64,000 nucleotides of DNA from Candidatus Xenobia bacterium. Lineage in GTDB: Bacteria; Vulcanimicrobiota; Xenobia; Xenobiales; QWHO01. Shown one piece after another: positions 46,591 to 56,520 of the stretch. The DNA is taken from the NCBI GenBank assembly GCA_045863235.1, contig BTUM01000001.1, positions 320,001 through 384,000 of the forward strand. Reading direction: 5' to 3'. The translations under genes were made by a program, and so were the position numbers. The notes under the pieces were generated by a model that saw only the letters and a list, made by a program, of their open reading frames with translations, ran no database searches and had not been told where the DNA came from. How positions within the stretch are numbered: position 1 is the first letter of the stretch; each line of letters begins with the position of its first letter.

Positions 46591-48093
46591 ATGTCCGAAG
46601 ATGAAACAACCCCGCCAACCGAGGAAGACGAAAGCGAGCACCAACGAGTCCGCCGGGCCAACCTGGAAGCTCTCCGGGACGCCGGAATGGACCCCTACGG
46701 CGAGCGATTTGACCGTTCCGCAACAGTTGCCGAGATCCAGCAACGTTACGCTGACCTGGAGCCCGACCAGCACGGAGGAGAGGCCCGACTGGCCGGCCGA
46801 ATCGCGTCCCAGAGAGGCCAGGGCAAAGTCATGTTCTGGGATCTCGTGGACGTCACCGGAAAACTCCAGCTCTATTTCAAGATCGATCTTTTGGCCGACA
46901 GCTACGAGTTGCTCAAGAAGGTCGACCTGGGTGACGTGCTGGGGGTCGAGGGCACGGTCTTTCGCACCCGTCGCGGTGAGCTGTCGCTCCAGGTCACCAG
47001 CTGGCGCGTCCTGTCCAAGGCGTTGCGGCCCCCACCCGATAAATGGAAGGGGTTGCGCAACGTCGAGCTCAAGTATCGGCAGCGCTACGCTGATCTGCTC
47101 CACAACGCCGACGTCCGTCAGACCTTCATCCAGCGCAGCCGGATCCTTTCGGCCATTCGACGTTACCTGGACGATCTAGGCTTCTACGAAGTCGAGACCC
47201 CCACCATGACCACGCTGGCGGGTGGGGCTGCGGCGCGTCCGTTCATCACCCACCACAACGCGCTCGACCTGCAGCTCTACCTGCGCATCGCCACCGAGCT
47301 CTACCTCAAGCGCTGCATCGTGGGAGGCCTGGAGAAAGTCTACGAGATCGGGCGCATCTTCCGCAACGAGGGCATCTCCACACGCCACAACCCCGAGTTC
47401 ACCATGCTCGAGCTCTACCAGGCCTACACCGACTACCACGGGATGATGGAGATTACCGAAGGCATCATCGACTGTGCCTGCCGGGAGGTGCTGGGCACCC
47501 ACCAGGTCGAGTTCGCAGGCCACTCCATCTCGCTTCTGCCGCCCTTCCGACGGGCGACCATGGATGAGCTGCTCAAGGAGCACGCGGGAGCCGGCGTCCA
47601 CGAGCTACGCGACGAGAAGAGACGCCGTGAGCTGGCCGAGAAGTTCGATGTGCATCTGCCCGTCAAAACTTCGCCCGGACACGCTATGGACAAGATTTTC
47701 GAAGCCACTGTGCAAGACCATCTGATCCAGCCGACCTTCGTGCTCGATTACCCGGTCGAGCTCTCGCCGCTGGCCAAGCGCCAGACCGAGGACTCTGGCC
47801 TGACCTACCGCTTCGAGCTTTTCTGCTGCGGCTCGGAGATCGCCAACGCCTTCTCCGAGTTGAACGACCCCGATGATCAGCGGGTGCGTTTCGAAGAGCA
47901 GCAAGCCCTCAAGGACGTGGACGAGGAGGCCCACCCACTGGATGAGGACTTCCTGACCGCCCTGGAGTATGGCATGCCCCCCACCGGAGGCCTCGGCATC
48001 GGCATCGACCGGCTGATCATGCTTTTGACCGGCAAACCATCCATCCGCGACGTCATCCTGTTCCCGCTGCTGCGGCCCCGCCAGGAGGGGTGA
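46591..48093 (+). CDS. lysS: Lysine--tRNA ligase (class II)
   Basis: YRQRY, GGAAARPF.TH, LRIATELYLKR, FRNEG, YGMPPTGG.GIDR. Confidence 0.98.
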   Translation: MSEDETTPPTEEDESEHQRVRRANLEALRDAGMDPYGERFDRSATVAEIQQRYADLEPDQHGGEARLAGRIASQRGQGKVMFWDLVDVTGKLQLYFKIDLLADSYELLKKVDLGDVLGVEGTVFRTRRGELSLQVTSWRVLSKALRPPPDKWKGLRNVELKYRQRYADLLHNADVRQTFIQRSRILSAIRRYLDDLGFYEVETPTMTTLAGGAAARPFITHHNALDLQLYLRIATELYLKRCIVGGLEKVYEIGRIFRNEGISTRHNPEFTMLELYQAYTDYHGMMEITEGIIDCACREVLGTHQVEFAGHSISLLPPFRRATMDELLKEHAGAGVHELRDEKRRRELAEKFDVHLPVKTSPGHAMDKIFEATVQDHLIQPTFVLDYPVELSPLAKRQTEDSGLTYRFELFCCGSEIANAFSELNDPDDQRVRFEEQQALKDVDEEAHPLDEDFLTALEYGMPPTGGLGIGIDRLIMLLTGKPSIRDVILFPLLRPRQEG

Positions 48094-49292
48094 GCGAGCA
48101 CAAATACTGGGTGGAAGTCGACCTGGGGGCCATCCGGCACAACTTCCGGCGGCTGCAAGAGCGCATCCGCCCCACCGGCATCCTGGCCGTGGTGAAGAGC
48201 GAGGCATACGGGCACGGTCTCCTCCCCGTGGCCAGAGTCGCCCTGGAGGAGGGAGCCTGGGGGCTGGGGGTGGTGACCGCCCAGGAGGGCCTCAAACTGC
48301 GCCAGGCGGGCCTCATGAAACCCATCGTGGTGCTCGGGCCGGTGATTGAGAGTGAAATGGACCGAGCCTTGCAGGCCGACCTGTCGCTGCCCGTGCATGA
48401 GCTGAACCTGGCCCGGCATCTGTCGGCCCGAGCCGTTGCCCTGGGCAAGTCGGCTCGCATCCACTTGAAGGTGGATACCGGACTCTCTCGCCTGAGCGTA
48501 CCCGCGGAACAGGCGCTGGAGTTCGCCCGAGCGGTCATGGCCCTGCCCAACCTCGAGCTCGAAGGCGTCTACAGCCACCTGGCCGACGCCGAAGGATTGG
48601 ACCAGAGCTACACTCTGAGGCAGTATCAGAGTTTCCAGGGCTGTCTGGAGGAGCTGGCTGCCCAGGGATTTCGCCCCCGAGTGCGCCACATCGCAGCCAG
48701 TGCCGCGGGACTTCTGCTGGAGGCAACCCGCTTCGACCTGGTCCGAGCCGGCATCACGCTCTACGGGCTCTGGCCGGCCGAAGAGACGCGCCTCTTGCTC
48801 CTGTCTGGTGGGCAAGACCTGTTGCACGCCCTCAACCGCCAGTTTTCGGCCGGGGACGAGGTGCGCGAGGACTTCCTTCGCCCGGCCCTCAGCTTCAAGA
48901 CGGTGGCCGCCCAGGTCAAGGACGTCCCTCAGGGAGCCTCGGTGGGTTACGGCTGCACCTTCCGCACTCAGCGGCCTACCAGGCTGGCCATTCTACCCCT
49001 GGGCTATGCCGAAGGCTACGACCGGGGCCTCTCAAATTGCGGGGAAGTGCTGATCCGGGGCCAGAGGGCGCGAGTCGTCGGCCGGGTGTGCATGAACATG
49101 ACCATGGTCGACGTGACCGACGTTCCAGGCGCGGCTCCAGGCGACGAAGTGGTCCTGATCGGCCGACAGGGTGGGCAGCGCGTCTCGGCCGAGGAGCTCG
49201 CGAGCTGGTGCGGCACCATCAACTACGAAGTGGTCACCCGCATTCCAGCGGTCGTCCCAAGGGTTTATCGGGATGAAACTTCCTCGCCTTGA
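48090..49292 (+). CDS. alr: Alanine racemase
   Basis: AVVKSEAYGHG, HLKVDTG, GYAEG, GRVCM, GTINYE. Confidence 0.96.
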   Translation: MSEHKYWVEVDLGAIRHNFRRLQERIRPTGILAVVKSEAYGHGLLPVARVALEEGAWGLGVVTAQEGLKLRQAGLMKPIVVLGPVIESEMDRALQADLSLPVHELNLARHLSARAVALGKSARIHLKVDTGLSRLSVPAEQALEFARAVMALPNLELEGVYSHLADAEGLDQSYTLRQYQSFQGCLEELAAQGFRPRVRHIAASAAGLLLEATRFDLVRAGITLYGLWPAEETRLLLLSGGQDLLHALNRQFSAGDEVREDFLRPALSFKTVAAQVKDVPQGASVGYGCTFRTQRPTRLAILPLGYAEGYDRGLSNCGEVLIRGQRARVVGRVCMNMTMVDVTDVPGAAPGDEVVLIGRQGGQRVSAEELASWCGTINYEVVTRIPAVVPRVYRDETSSP

Positions 49293-49409
49293 ACAGCCTG
49301 CTTGCGAACGCTTCCAAAATGCTGTGGCACGAGCGTTGGAAGTTCAGCGTGTTGAAAATCTTTGCAGAGTTCGTGCCAACGCGCCGGAACGTAGTTCGGG
49401 CGCCTCGCA

Positions 49410-49450
49410 AACAAAAACCGCGCCTGACTTGCCCAGACGCGGCTTTCTTT
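49410..49450. terminator. Bidirectional terminator between alr and rpsU
   Basis: A-rich run, CCGCGcCTG...CAGaCGCGG hairpin, then T-rich run. Confidence 0.7.
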
Positions 49451-49475
49451 CACCTTCCGTGTCGCCTTAGTTCGA

Positions 49476-49646
49476 TCAGGAACGACGGCGGCGCGCGGCG
49501 AGAGCCTTCTTCTTGCGCTTGACGCTGGGCTTCTCGTAGTATTCCCGCTTCTTGATCTCGGCGAGAACTCCATCGCGCTGGCACTGACGGCGGAATCTCT
49601 TCAGGGCAGAATCAATGGACTCGTCTTGGTTGACCCGGGTCTCCAT
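49476..49646 (-). CDS. rpsU: 30S ribosomal protein S21
   Basis: [10 protein letters not shown]...[22 protein letters not shown]. Confidence 0.96.
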   Translation of the reverse strand: METRVNQDESIDSALKRFRRQCQRDGVLAEIKKREYYEKPSVKRKKKALAARRRRS

Positions 49647-49735
49647 CTGCTTCTTCCCTCCTTCCTGCACGTCTCACCCCGATTCATGGGCTCGACAGAA
49701 TGTTCCCCCGCACAGTTGTTTGGAAAAACTTCCCG

Positions 49736-49764
49736 ATTCTACCAGGACCGGAAAATTCTGTCAA
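49736..49764 (-). promoter_or_regulatory. Sigma70 promoter of rpsU
   Basis: TTGACA-17 nt-TAGAAT. Confidence 0.8.
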
Positions 49765-49801
49765 ACTGCTCACTGACCTCAGGACATGAGATATACCCGG
49801 T

Positions 49802-51262
49802 CTAGAAGCGTTTTCCTGCTCCCACCATCGGGATCCTGGTTCGTTCGGTCACGTCGCGCACCCCACCCATGATGTAGAAGTCACCCGGGAAGAGCACCTT
49901 GCCGGTGAGATCAAGCTGGGGATTCCGCGTGTTATAGGCATCCATGCTGAGCTCCACGCGCTTGTCGAACAGCCGAGCATCAGCCCCCACGCCAAACTGA
50001 GAGCGGATCACGCCGCCACGCAGTCGATATCGCGCGTCACTGAAGTTCTTGGAGCCCTGGACATTGATCAGGTTCGTCCGTCCAAGCGCGTCCACTCCCA
50101 CCTTGACCGACCAGGGCCCCTCCGGGAAGAGCATGGCATTCAAGTTCGTGAACGACTGCCCATCGTTGGTCCAGAACTCTTGCTCGACGTCTATCTGGCC
50201 AAGCCGTCCGGTCGTGCCATCGGTCAAGCCTTTGAATCGGCCCACCAACTCCTTGGCGCCGGCGCTGGCCTCCTTGGCGTTCTTGATGGTGTCGCGCAGG
50301 TCTTCTTGCACCTTCGGGTCGGCAGTGATCGAGCGAATGTCGCTGGCGATGCCGGCAACCTGCTCACTCATATTGCGCAGGTTGGACACGGTGGCCAGCA
50401 CGTCCGCTTTCAGGTCCTCGTTCGTGGCCAGGCTCTCCAGTGAGCTCATGGTCTTCTTCAGAGTAATCGAAGTCTCGCGCAGGTTCAGCACGATGGTATC
50501 GATATTGCCCCGATTGCCGGATACGACCGAACGAAGGTCGGAGGAGAAGCCGCGCAGGTTGGCTCCCACAACCTGGGCGTCGCCCTTGAAGCCCAGCACC
50601 GTCTCATCGACGTGAGCCACAACTGTCTCAACCGCGTTGCCCAGTCGCTCCACTCGCCCGTTCAGGGAGGCTACCAGCACCCGCGCATCCTTGCTGGCAC
50701 CCTTGAGATTGCCCGAGATGTCCTTGAAATTGGACATGGTGATCTTGATGTCGTTCTGGAAGCGCGGATCGGCCACCAGCGAGTTGAGAGCTTCCACCGA
50801 CTTGCGGAACTCCCCCATCACCTCGCTCCCTTCGCGGGCTAAATCATCAAGGGTCACCGGGGTCACCCCTTGCACCTCTTGATTCTCGGCCAACGGCTTG
50901 GCGTTGACGGGAACCGGGCCGGGCTGGATCTCGAGCCACTTGTCCCCCATCAGATTGCCGGTCACGGTATAAACATATCCCGTTTCCTTAGAAGGAAAGA
51001 GCACCACGTCCGGGCGTGTCACCAGAATGTGCACCAGCACGTCGTTCTGGTCGGTCAGCTCGAGATTGGCCACATAACCGACTTTCACCCCGGCGAGTTG
51101 CACAGGAGCGCGGTTCTGCAGCCCGGCAACCTCTTCGAAACGAACCACGTACTGCTTGCCGGCATCTCCCCCGGTCTTGCCGATCTGCGCGTAGATCAGG
51201 CCAAGGATCAGGGCCGCGAGGACCGCGATCATTCCTACTCTCGCTGCGGGGTTGATATCCAT
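49802..51262 (-). CDS. mlaD: Long MlaD/MCE protein with helical stalk and C-terminal beta-rich domain
   Basis: N-terminal TM, MCE motif (F..VAGL..APV.LAGVKVG.V, LMGDKWLEI.PG), long helical region, beta-strand C-terminus ending in F. Confidence 0.85.
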   Translation of the reverse strand: MDINPAARVGMIAVLAALILGLIYAQIGKTGGDAGKQYVVRFEEVAGLQNRAPVQLAGVKVGYVANLELTDQNDVLVHILVTRPDVVLFPSKETGYVYTVTGNLMGDKWLEIQPGPVPVNAKPLAENQEVQGVTPVTLDDLAREGSEVMGEFRKSVEALNSLVADPRFQNDIKITMSNFKDISGNLKGASKDARVLVASLNGRVERLGNAVETVVAHVDETVLGFKGDAQVVGANLRGFSSDLRSVVSGNRGNIDTIVLNLRETSITLKKTMSSLESLATNEDLKADVLATVSNLRNMSEQVAGIASDIRSITADPKVQEDLRDTIKNAKEASAGAKELVGRFKGLTDGTTGRLGQIDVEQEFWTNDGQSFTNLNAMLFPEGPWSVKVGVDALGRTNLINVQGSKNFSDARYRLRGGVIRSQFGVGADARLFDKRVELSMDAYNTRNPQLDLTGKVLFPGDFYIMGGVRDVTERTRIPMVGAGKRF

Positions 51263-51343
51263 CAAATCCTCCTGGAGGTCTGGCGCAACAGATTGTAGAG
51301 GTCCGGCCGCGCGACGACGTTCCCTCGGTTGTGGCGTGCGCGG

Positions 51344-52141
51344 TCATGCAACATGGATCGGCCCTGCCACTTTTCCATCGCGAAACTGTGCGATGAACTC
51401 ATTGGTCGTGGTGGTAAACTCCTGAGCTGTACCGATCCAGACGATCCTGCCCTCGTGCAGCATGCAGATTCGATGGCCCACCATCAAAGCACCCCGCAGA
51501 TCGTGGGTCACCACCACACAGGTGGCGTGCATGCGTTTCTGGACGTCCAGAATCAAGTCGCTGATCACGGTGGTGATGATTGGATCCAGGCCCGTCGTGG
51601 GTTCGTCATACAAGATGATGTCGGGATCGGTGGCAATGGTCCTGGCCAGGCTCGCGCGCTTTTGCATGCCGCCGGAAAGCTGATTGGGATAAAGATGCTC
51701 CACTCCCTCCAGATCAACGATTGCCAGCTTCTCGCTGACAATGCGAGAGATCTCCTCCTCGCTGAGTCGGGTGTGCTCGCGCAAGCCAAAAGCCACGTTC
51801 TCGCCCACGGTCATGGAGTCGAACAGGGCGGGCATCTGAAAAACCATGCCAACCCGCAAACGAAGCTCGTTCCATTCGTTGGGCCGCAACTCGGAGATGT
51901 CTCGCCCATTCACCAGGACCGTGCCCGAAGTCGGCTTCTGCAGCCCGACCAGGCAGCGCAACGTGGTGCTCTTGCCCACTCCCGATAGCCCCATGACAGC
52001 CAGTGTCTGGCCTCGGGGCACCTCAAAGGAGACGTTGGAGAGGATCTCTCGCCCACTGAAGGCCACCGTGAGGTTCCTGGCCACGATCGGCGGATCGACC
52101 AGCGGGGTGCGAGGGCCGGTAACGGGAGTGTTCGTGCTCAT
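51344..52141 (-). CDS. mlaF: MlaF-type ABC ATPase
   Basis: GLSGVGKS, ALFDSMTV.ENV, LSGGMQKR, YDEPTTGLDP. Confidence 0.92.
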   Translation of the reverse strand: MSTNTPVTGPRTPLVDPPIVARNLTVAFSGREILSNVSFEVPRGQTLAVMGLSGVGKSTTLRCLVGLQKPTSGTVLVNGRDISELRPNEWNELRLRVGMVFQMPALFDSMTVGENVAFGLREHTRLSEEEISRIVSEKLAIVDLEGVEHLYPNQLSGGMQKRASLARTIATDPDIILYDEPTTGLDPIITTVISDLILDVQKRMHATCVVVTHDLRGALMVGHRICMLHEGRIVWIGTAQEFTTTTNEFIAQFRDGKVAGPIHVA

Positions 52142-52920
52142 CAGTGCACCGGGAACAGCCAGGCCGACATGAAGTAGTTGGTGATGAAGATGATGATCAT
52201 CGCGACCACCACCGAGCCGGTCGTTGCCTGGCCCACACCGGCCGCTCCGCGAGGAGTATTCAAGCCCTGGTAACAAGCAACCAGGCACACCTCCATCCCG
52301 AATATCATGGCTTTGAACAGCCCCCGAAAGACATCGTCCATCTCCACCATGCGAGTGATCGAATCAAAGAAAGCCTCGTAGGGTACCCCGGCGGAATTCA
52401 TTGCCACCACCGCACCACCCACCACCCCTGAGAGGTTGGAGAAGAGTGTCAGGATCGGCATCATGATCAGCAGCGCAACGAAGCGCGGGACCACCAGATA
52501 TCCGACCGGGTTCACGGCCATGGTAATCAGGGCGCTGATCTGCTCGGTCACCTTCATGGTCCCGATCTCGGCCGTGATGGCCGCTCCTGCCCGCCCGGCC
52601 ACCACCACTGCGGTCAGCATCGGACCGAGCTCACGGCACATGGCCAGCGCCACGCCCCCTCCCACAACGTTGGACACTCCGTAACGAACGGCAATATGGG
52701 CCAGTTGCAGCGACATGACCATGCCCGCAAAGGTGGTGGTCATGATGACGATGCCGACCGAATTCACCCCCAGAAAAGCCATCTGCTGGATGGTCAGATT
52801 CAATCGGAGGGCACCACGCAGCAGAAATCCAAGCGCCTCCACGAGCAGCAGAACCAGGTTGCCCACATACTCGAAGAATCGAATCAGAGCCAGCCCCAGT
52901 ATTTCAAAGAGGGAGAACAT
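52141..52920 (-). CDS. mlaE: MlaE-type ABC permease
   Basis: RELGP..AGRAGAAITAEIGTMKVTEQI, GAAGVG.ATT. Confidence 0.94.
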   Translation of the reverse strand: MFSLFEILGLALIRFFEYVGNLVLLLVEALGFLLRGALRLNLTIQQMAFLGVNSVGIVIMTTTFAGMVMSLQLAHIAVRYGVSNVVGGGVALAMCRELGPMLTAVVVAGRAGAAITAEIGTMKVTEQISALITMAVNPVGYLVVPRFVALLIMMPILTLFSNLSGVVGGAVVAMNSAGVPYEAFFDSITRMVEMDDVFRGLFKAMIFGMEVCLVACYQGLNTPRGAAGVGQATTGSVVVAMIIIFITNYFMSAWLFPVH

Positions 52921-52974
52921 AAGGCAGGAACGGTTCTGAGCCGGGTTGGGGAGTCCTTCCCAGCCGTGTTGGAG

Positions 52975-54222
52975 CTACTTCAGAACCTCCTGGGCGCTCT
53001 TCTCCCCTTTGATAACCGAGGGCAGTTGCTTGCCCAGACGCTCGAGGGTCGGCCGGGCGTTGCCGGAAGTGTCCACCATCCGGGCCGATCCCAGCACGTT
53101 GACGAAAACACGAAGGTTGTTGTGATCGGCCAGCCGCGCCTGGCGATAGAACGGGTTGTCAAAAACTTTGACGTGGGCGGCCAGATAGGGGGTTTCCTCA
53201 GCCCACTTCAGCTGCTGCTGGAAGTCCAGAATGTAGAAAGCCACGTCGCGGACTTTGTAGAGCTGGGCGGGATCGACGGCAAACATCCCCAGGGCCCAAA
53301 CCTGAGCCTCGGTCGTCCGCTTGCTCTTGTCGAGCCCCGGAATGGCAGCCGTGCGAACGTTTACGCCCCGGGCACGCAGAGAGAGATAGTCCTCGACGGT
53401 CCCGATCATCATTCCCACTCCGTCCGGAGAGGTCGGGTCCGCCATTGCCGCCTTCTTCGTAACGGTCAAGTCCTGAAGATAGGCCAGGGCTTTGTTGGCC
53501 CCCTCCAGACTCGGGCTGATCCCGTGGGAGGTGGCCAGGTCGCCGCCTGACTGCCAGCACATGACCTGTAGATTCCGGCAAAGATGCTCCGGACTGGCGT
53601 TGGCCGCCAGGGTAAAGCCAATTCCGGCGCCACTCTGGCTGATCTTCTGAGCGGCCTGGGCCACCTGCTCCCAGGTGGCGGGTGCGAACTTCACTCCGGC
53701 CGTCTGCAAGACCTCGGGATTGTAGATCAGAGCCCGGGTCGTGTAGCAGAAGGGCATCGCCATCTGGACGCCGCCTACCTGCACGGCATTCCAGAGAGGG
53801 ATGTAGTTGTTCCCCTTGACGCTCCAGTTGAACAGAAATTGCTCTTTGGGCATCCACTGCTCCAGCGGCATCAACTGGCCGCGGGCCTGGACGACCGGTA
53901 GCCAGCTCGTTTCCATCAGAGCCATCGTCGGATGGACGCTCCCGGAGGTCAACTCGCGGTAGAGAGTGGCAGAACTTGGGAAATTCTTTCCCTCGATCTC
54001 GACGTACGGGTTCTTCTGATCGTATTCATTGAGGAGACGTTGAAAGACCGAGGCCTCGGCGGGCGCCAGGCTATACCAGACAGACACTTGCAGAGCGCCG
54101 CTGGGCGCTCCCTTGCTGGCCTGGGCCAGACGGGCGCCAGAGCCAGCCGGGTCTCCCCAGGCTGGAAGGGTCAGGGTCATCGCGGCCGACAGGGCCACCA
54201 CGGCGTGCTTCCAAGACTTCAT
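52975..54222 (-). CDS. Extracellular solute-binding protein (family 1), orphan
   Basis: Signal peptide, then MPF...LIYN..L..AG...PATWEQ pattern. Confidence 0.8.
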   Translation of the reverse strand: MKSWKHAVVALSAAMTLTLPAWGDPAGSGARLAQASKGAPSGALQVSVWYSLAPAEASVFQRLLNEYDQKNPYVEIEGKNFPSSATLYRELTSGSVHPTMALMETSWLPVVQARGQLMPLEQWMPKEQFLFNWSVKGNNYIPLWNAVQVGGVQMAMPFCYTTRALIYNPEVLQTAGVKFAPATWEQVAQAAQKISQSGAGIGFTLAANASPEHLCRNLQVMCWQSGGDLATSHGISPSLEGANKALAYLQDLTVTKKAAMADPTSPDGVGMMIGTVEDYLSLRARGVNVRTAAIPGLDKSKRTTEAQVWALGMFAVDPAQLYKVRDVAFYILDFQQQLKWAEETPYLAAHVKVFDNPFYRQARLADHNNLRVFVNVLGSARMVDTSGNARPTLERLGKQLPSVIKGEKSAQEVLK

Positions 54223-54410
54223 CACGACATTCTCCTCCCAAAGGCTGGGCCACGAACAATGGCTCTGCAGCAATCAACAGACTCGACCTTATTGAAGGAT
54301 CTTCTAGAAAAAATCGAAAATCCTTTCCCGATCTGCGATCGGGGACAGGGGGAGTTTAGCCGATCCGTTCGACTGCCGCAACCAGCCGACGAAACGGTAA
54401 CATGTCCGAC

Positions 54411-55400
54411 TCAGCGGTCGAAGCCAATCTCCTCGCTGTTGCCGAGAATGTCGTCAAGAGCGATGCGGGTGGGGCCAGGATCTTCCAGACGTGGGAAGTA
54501 GACGAATCCGAGCACCTCCTCTCCAGGATTGAGCGCCTTATCCAGGATCTGATCGTAACGCTGACACTGAACCCGCTGCCCGTCTACCAGCATGAAGATG
54601 TGGAAATTGAAGGGGGCAAGTTGAGCGATCACGGGCCCGGTGTTTCGGATCTTCACCTCGACCACCTGATTTTGATCAAGCCCCTTCTGGGAATACAGAA
54701 TGGACTTGACAGCCGCCATCTGCTGCAGGTTGCCTCGAGCCTCGCGATAGGCTGTGTAATCGGAGAAGCTGTCCATCAGAGGACCGTCCCAGTTGGTCAG
54801 GGTGATCTCCACCTCGGCATCCTGATAGTAGTCGCCCATCCAGACGTTGCTGGCCACTGAATCGGCAACCGTGGATGCGATAATCTGAGGGCTGCCCGTG
54901 AATCCATAGGGACCGAAGCTGGTGATGGCCAGGGAGGCGACGTTCATCCACATCATGGCGTCCATGCCCGAATCGGTCCGGGGCGTCTGGGAGGCTGCCG
55001 TAAACGTTCGCTGTGCCGTCCGTCCGCGGAACCTGTCTCGATAACGCTCCTCGTATTGCTCGAGTTGCTCGGTCGAATAGGCTGTCTGCACTGGCGCGTT
55101 CACCACCGCATCCTGAGGAGGTCCACCCACAGTGGCCTCCCGCACAGCATCACCCGTCTCGGCTGACCCGCTTACCAGGCGAGCCGCGGACTGATATTGA
55201 TCGACCAGGGTCACCTCAACCTCGCCTACCGACTGTCCGTTCCGGTAGACCTGATAGCGAGCCCCGGGAGTCATGCCGTCCTGGCTGCCCCGATTGAGCG
55301 TCACCTCGCTGCCGCTGCTCTTGACCACCATTCCGGTGCCTGGATTGGCCAGGGCGGTGACTCCTAAGAGCAGAGTCAACAAAAGAAGCCTCAATATCAT
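54411..55400 (-). CDS. Exported hypothetical protein with FlgT-C-like beta domain
   Basis: Signal peptide. LNRGSQDGMTPG..Y.VYR....GEVEV..V....SAARL motif. AGGAGG RBS. Confidence 0.65.
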   Translation of the reverse strand: MILRLLLLTLLLGVTALANPGTGMVVKSSGSEVTLNRGSQDGMTPGARYQVYRNGQSVGEVEVTLVDQYQSAARLVSGSAETGDAVREATVGGPPQDAVVNAPVQTAYSTEQLEQYEERYRDRFRGRTAQRTFTAASQTPRTDSGMDAMMWMNVASLAITSFGPYGFTGSPQIIASTVADSVASNVWMGDYYQDAEVEITLTNWDGPLMDSFSDYTAYREARGNLQQMAAVKSILYSQKGLDQNQVVEVKIRNTGPVIAQLAPFNFHIFMLVDGQRVQCQRYDQILDKALNPGEEVLGFVYFPRLEDPGPTRIALDDILGNSEEIGFDR

Positions 55401-55528
55401 CGTTCTCCTCCTCACGGTTGCGCGGTGAAGGAACCCTCCGTGCAACCGTGGAACAGCCTTAAACTGCAAATCCCGTTGACGCTCTTATTATGCATCATCG
55501 GGGCGCACTCTGACAACGAGGGTGGCAA

Positions 55529-56092
55529 ATGGCGGAAAAGAAAGTTCGCCTCAAGAGGCGCATCCCTCAAAATACCAGGCATCAGATGCGCTACTTCTTT
55601 GCCATTCTGGCCATCGTTTTCGTTCTGTTCATCCTGGTTTTGCGCTATCTGGTGTGGGCTCGCCAGAGTGATCTGGGAGTTTCTGCTGGTCACGAGGCCA
55701 ACGGACTCTTTTACAAACTTGAAATCGAGCGAGCCACATTCAGTCGAGGCGAACCGATCAAAGTCCAGCTCTCGGTCCAGAACATGAGCGACAAGGCGGT
55801 CACCTTGCAGTTCGCCGATAGCCTGGAGTTCGATTTCATCGTCCAGCGCGAGGTCAACATGCTTTTCGTGGACGTGCCCATGGACGTCTGGAAATTTTCC
55901 GCCAAGAATGTTCCCCAACCCAAGCCCCACGCGATCGTCGTCCCTCCGGGCGAGAAGAAGGTTTTCTCGGCCATGTGGGACCAGACCGATTCCGCCGGCA
56001 ATCCAGTCAAGTCGGGACGTTACATCATTACCGGAACTCTCAACGCCATCGACCGAACTGAGAGCCTGCGCGTCCGCGGCCAGACAAATTGA
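55529..56092 (+). CDS. Membrane-anchored BsuPI-like (proteinase-inhibitor/Ig-like) protein
   Basis: One TM, then GEPI...V.N...L.F....FDFIV...VWKFS...PGE...F...WDQ...G..V..G.Y. Confidence 0.7.
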   Translation: MAEKKVRLKRRIPQNTRHQMRYFFAILAIVFVLFILVLRYLVWARQSDLGVSAGHEANGLFYKLEIERATFSRGEPIKVQLSVQNMSDKAVTLQFADSLEFDFIVQREVNMLFVDVPMDVWKFSAKNVPQPKPHAIVVPPGEKKVFSAMWDQTDSAGNPVKSGRYIITGTLNAIDRTESLRVRGQTN

Positions 56093-56117
56093 CCCGAACC
56101 CGTCCTTGTGATAGGCT
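56089..56117 (+). promoter_or_regulatory. Sigma70 promoter of rnpB
   Basis: TTGACC-17 nt-TAGGCT with an extended TG. Confidence 0.6.
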
Positions 56118-56128
56118 CGTTCGGGTCT

Positions 56129-56491
56129 GGAGCAGGCCGGGTGGCCGCGGCCGCGGGAGCGGCTGAGGAAAGTCCGGGCTCCGCAGGGCAGGGCGCTGGG
56201 TAACTCCCAGTAGGGGCGACCCTCAGGAAAGTGCCACAGAAATGATGACCGCCGGCCGCCTTCGGGCAGCCGGTAAGGGTGCAACGGTGGGGTAAGAGCC
56301 CACCAGCAGTGCGGTGACGCACTGGCTAGGTAAACCCCGTTCGGAGCAAGACAGGCGAGGACAGGCCCATCGGCCACTGGCGGCCCGTCAGGGTCCTCAC
56401 GAACGTCGCTCGAGCCGCCTGGAAACAGGCGGCCCAGATAGATGGCCACCGTCGCTTCGGCGACACAGAACCCGGCTTACAGGCCTGCTCC
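56129..56491 (+). ncRNA. rnpB: RNase P RNA (bacterial type A)
   Basis: GAGGAAAGTCCGGGCT, AGTGCCACAGAAA, GGTAAACCCC, AGATAGATG, ACAGAACCCGGCTTA. P1 stem GGAGCAGG/CCTGCTCC. Confidence 0.98.
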
Positions 56492-56520
56492 AGACTCTTC
56501 TTTGCCACCTCGAACCGGAT

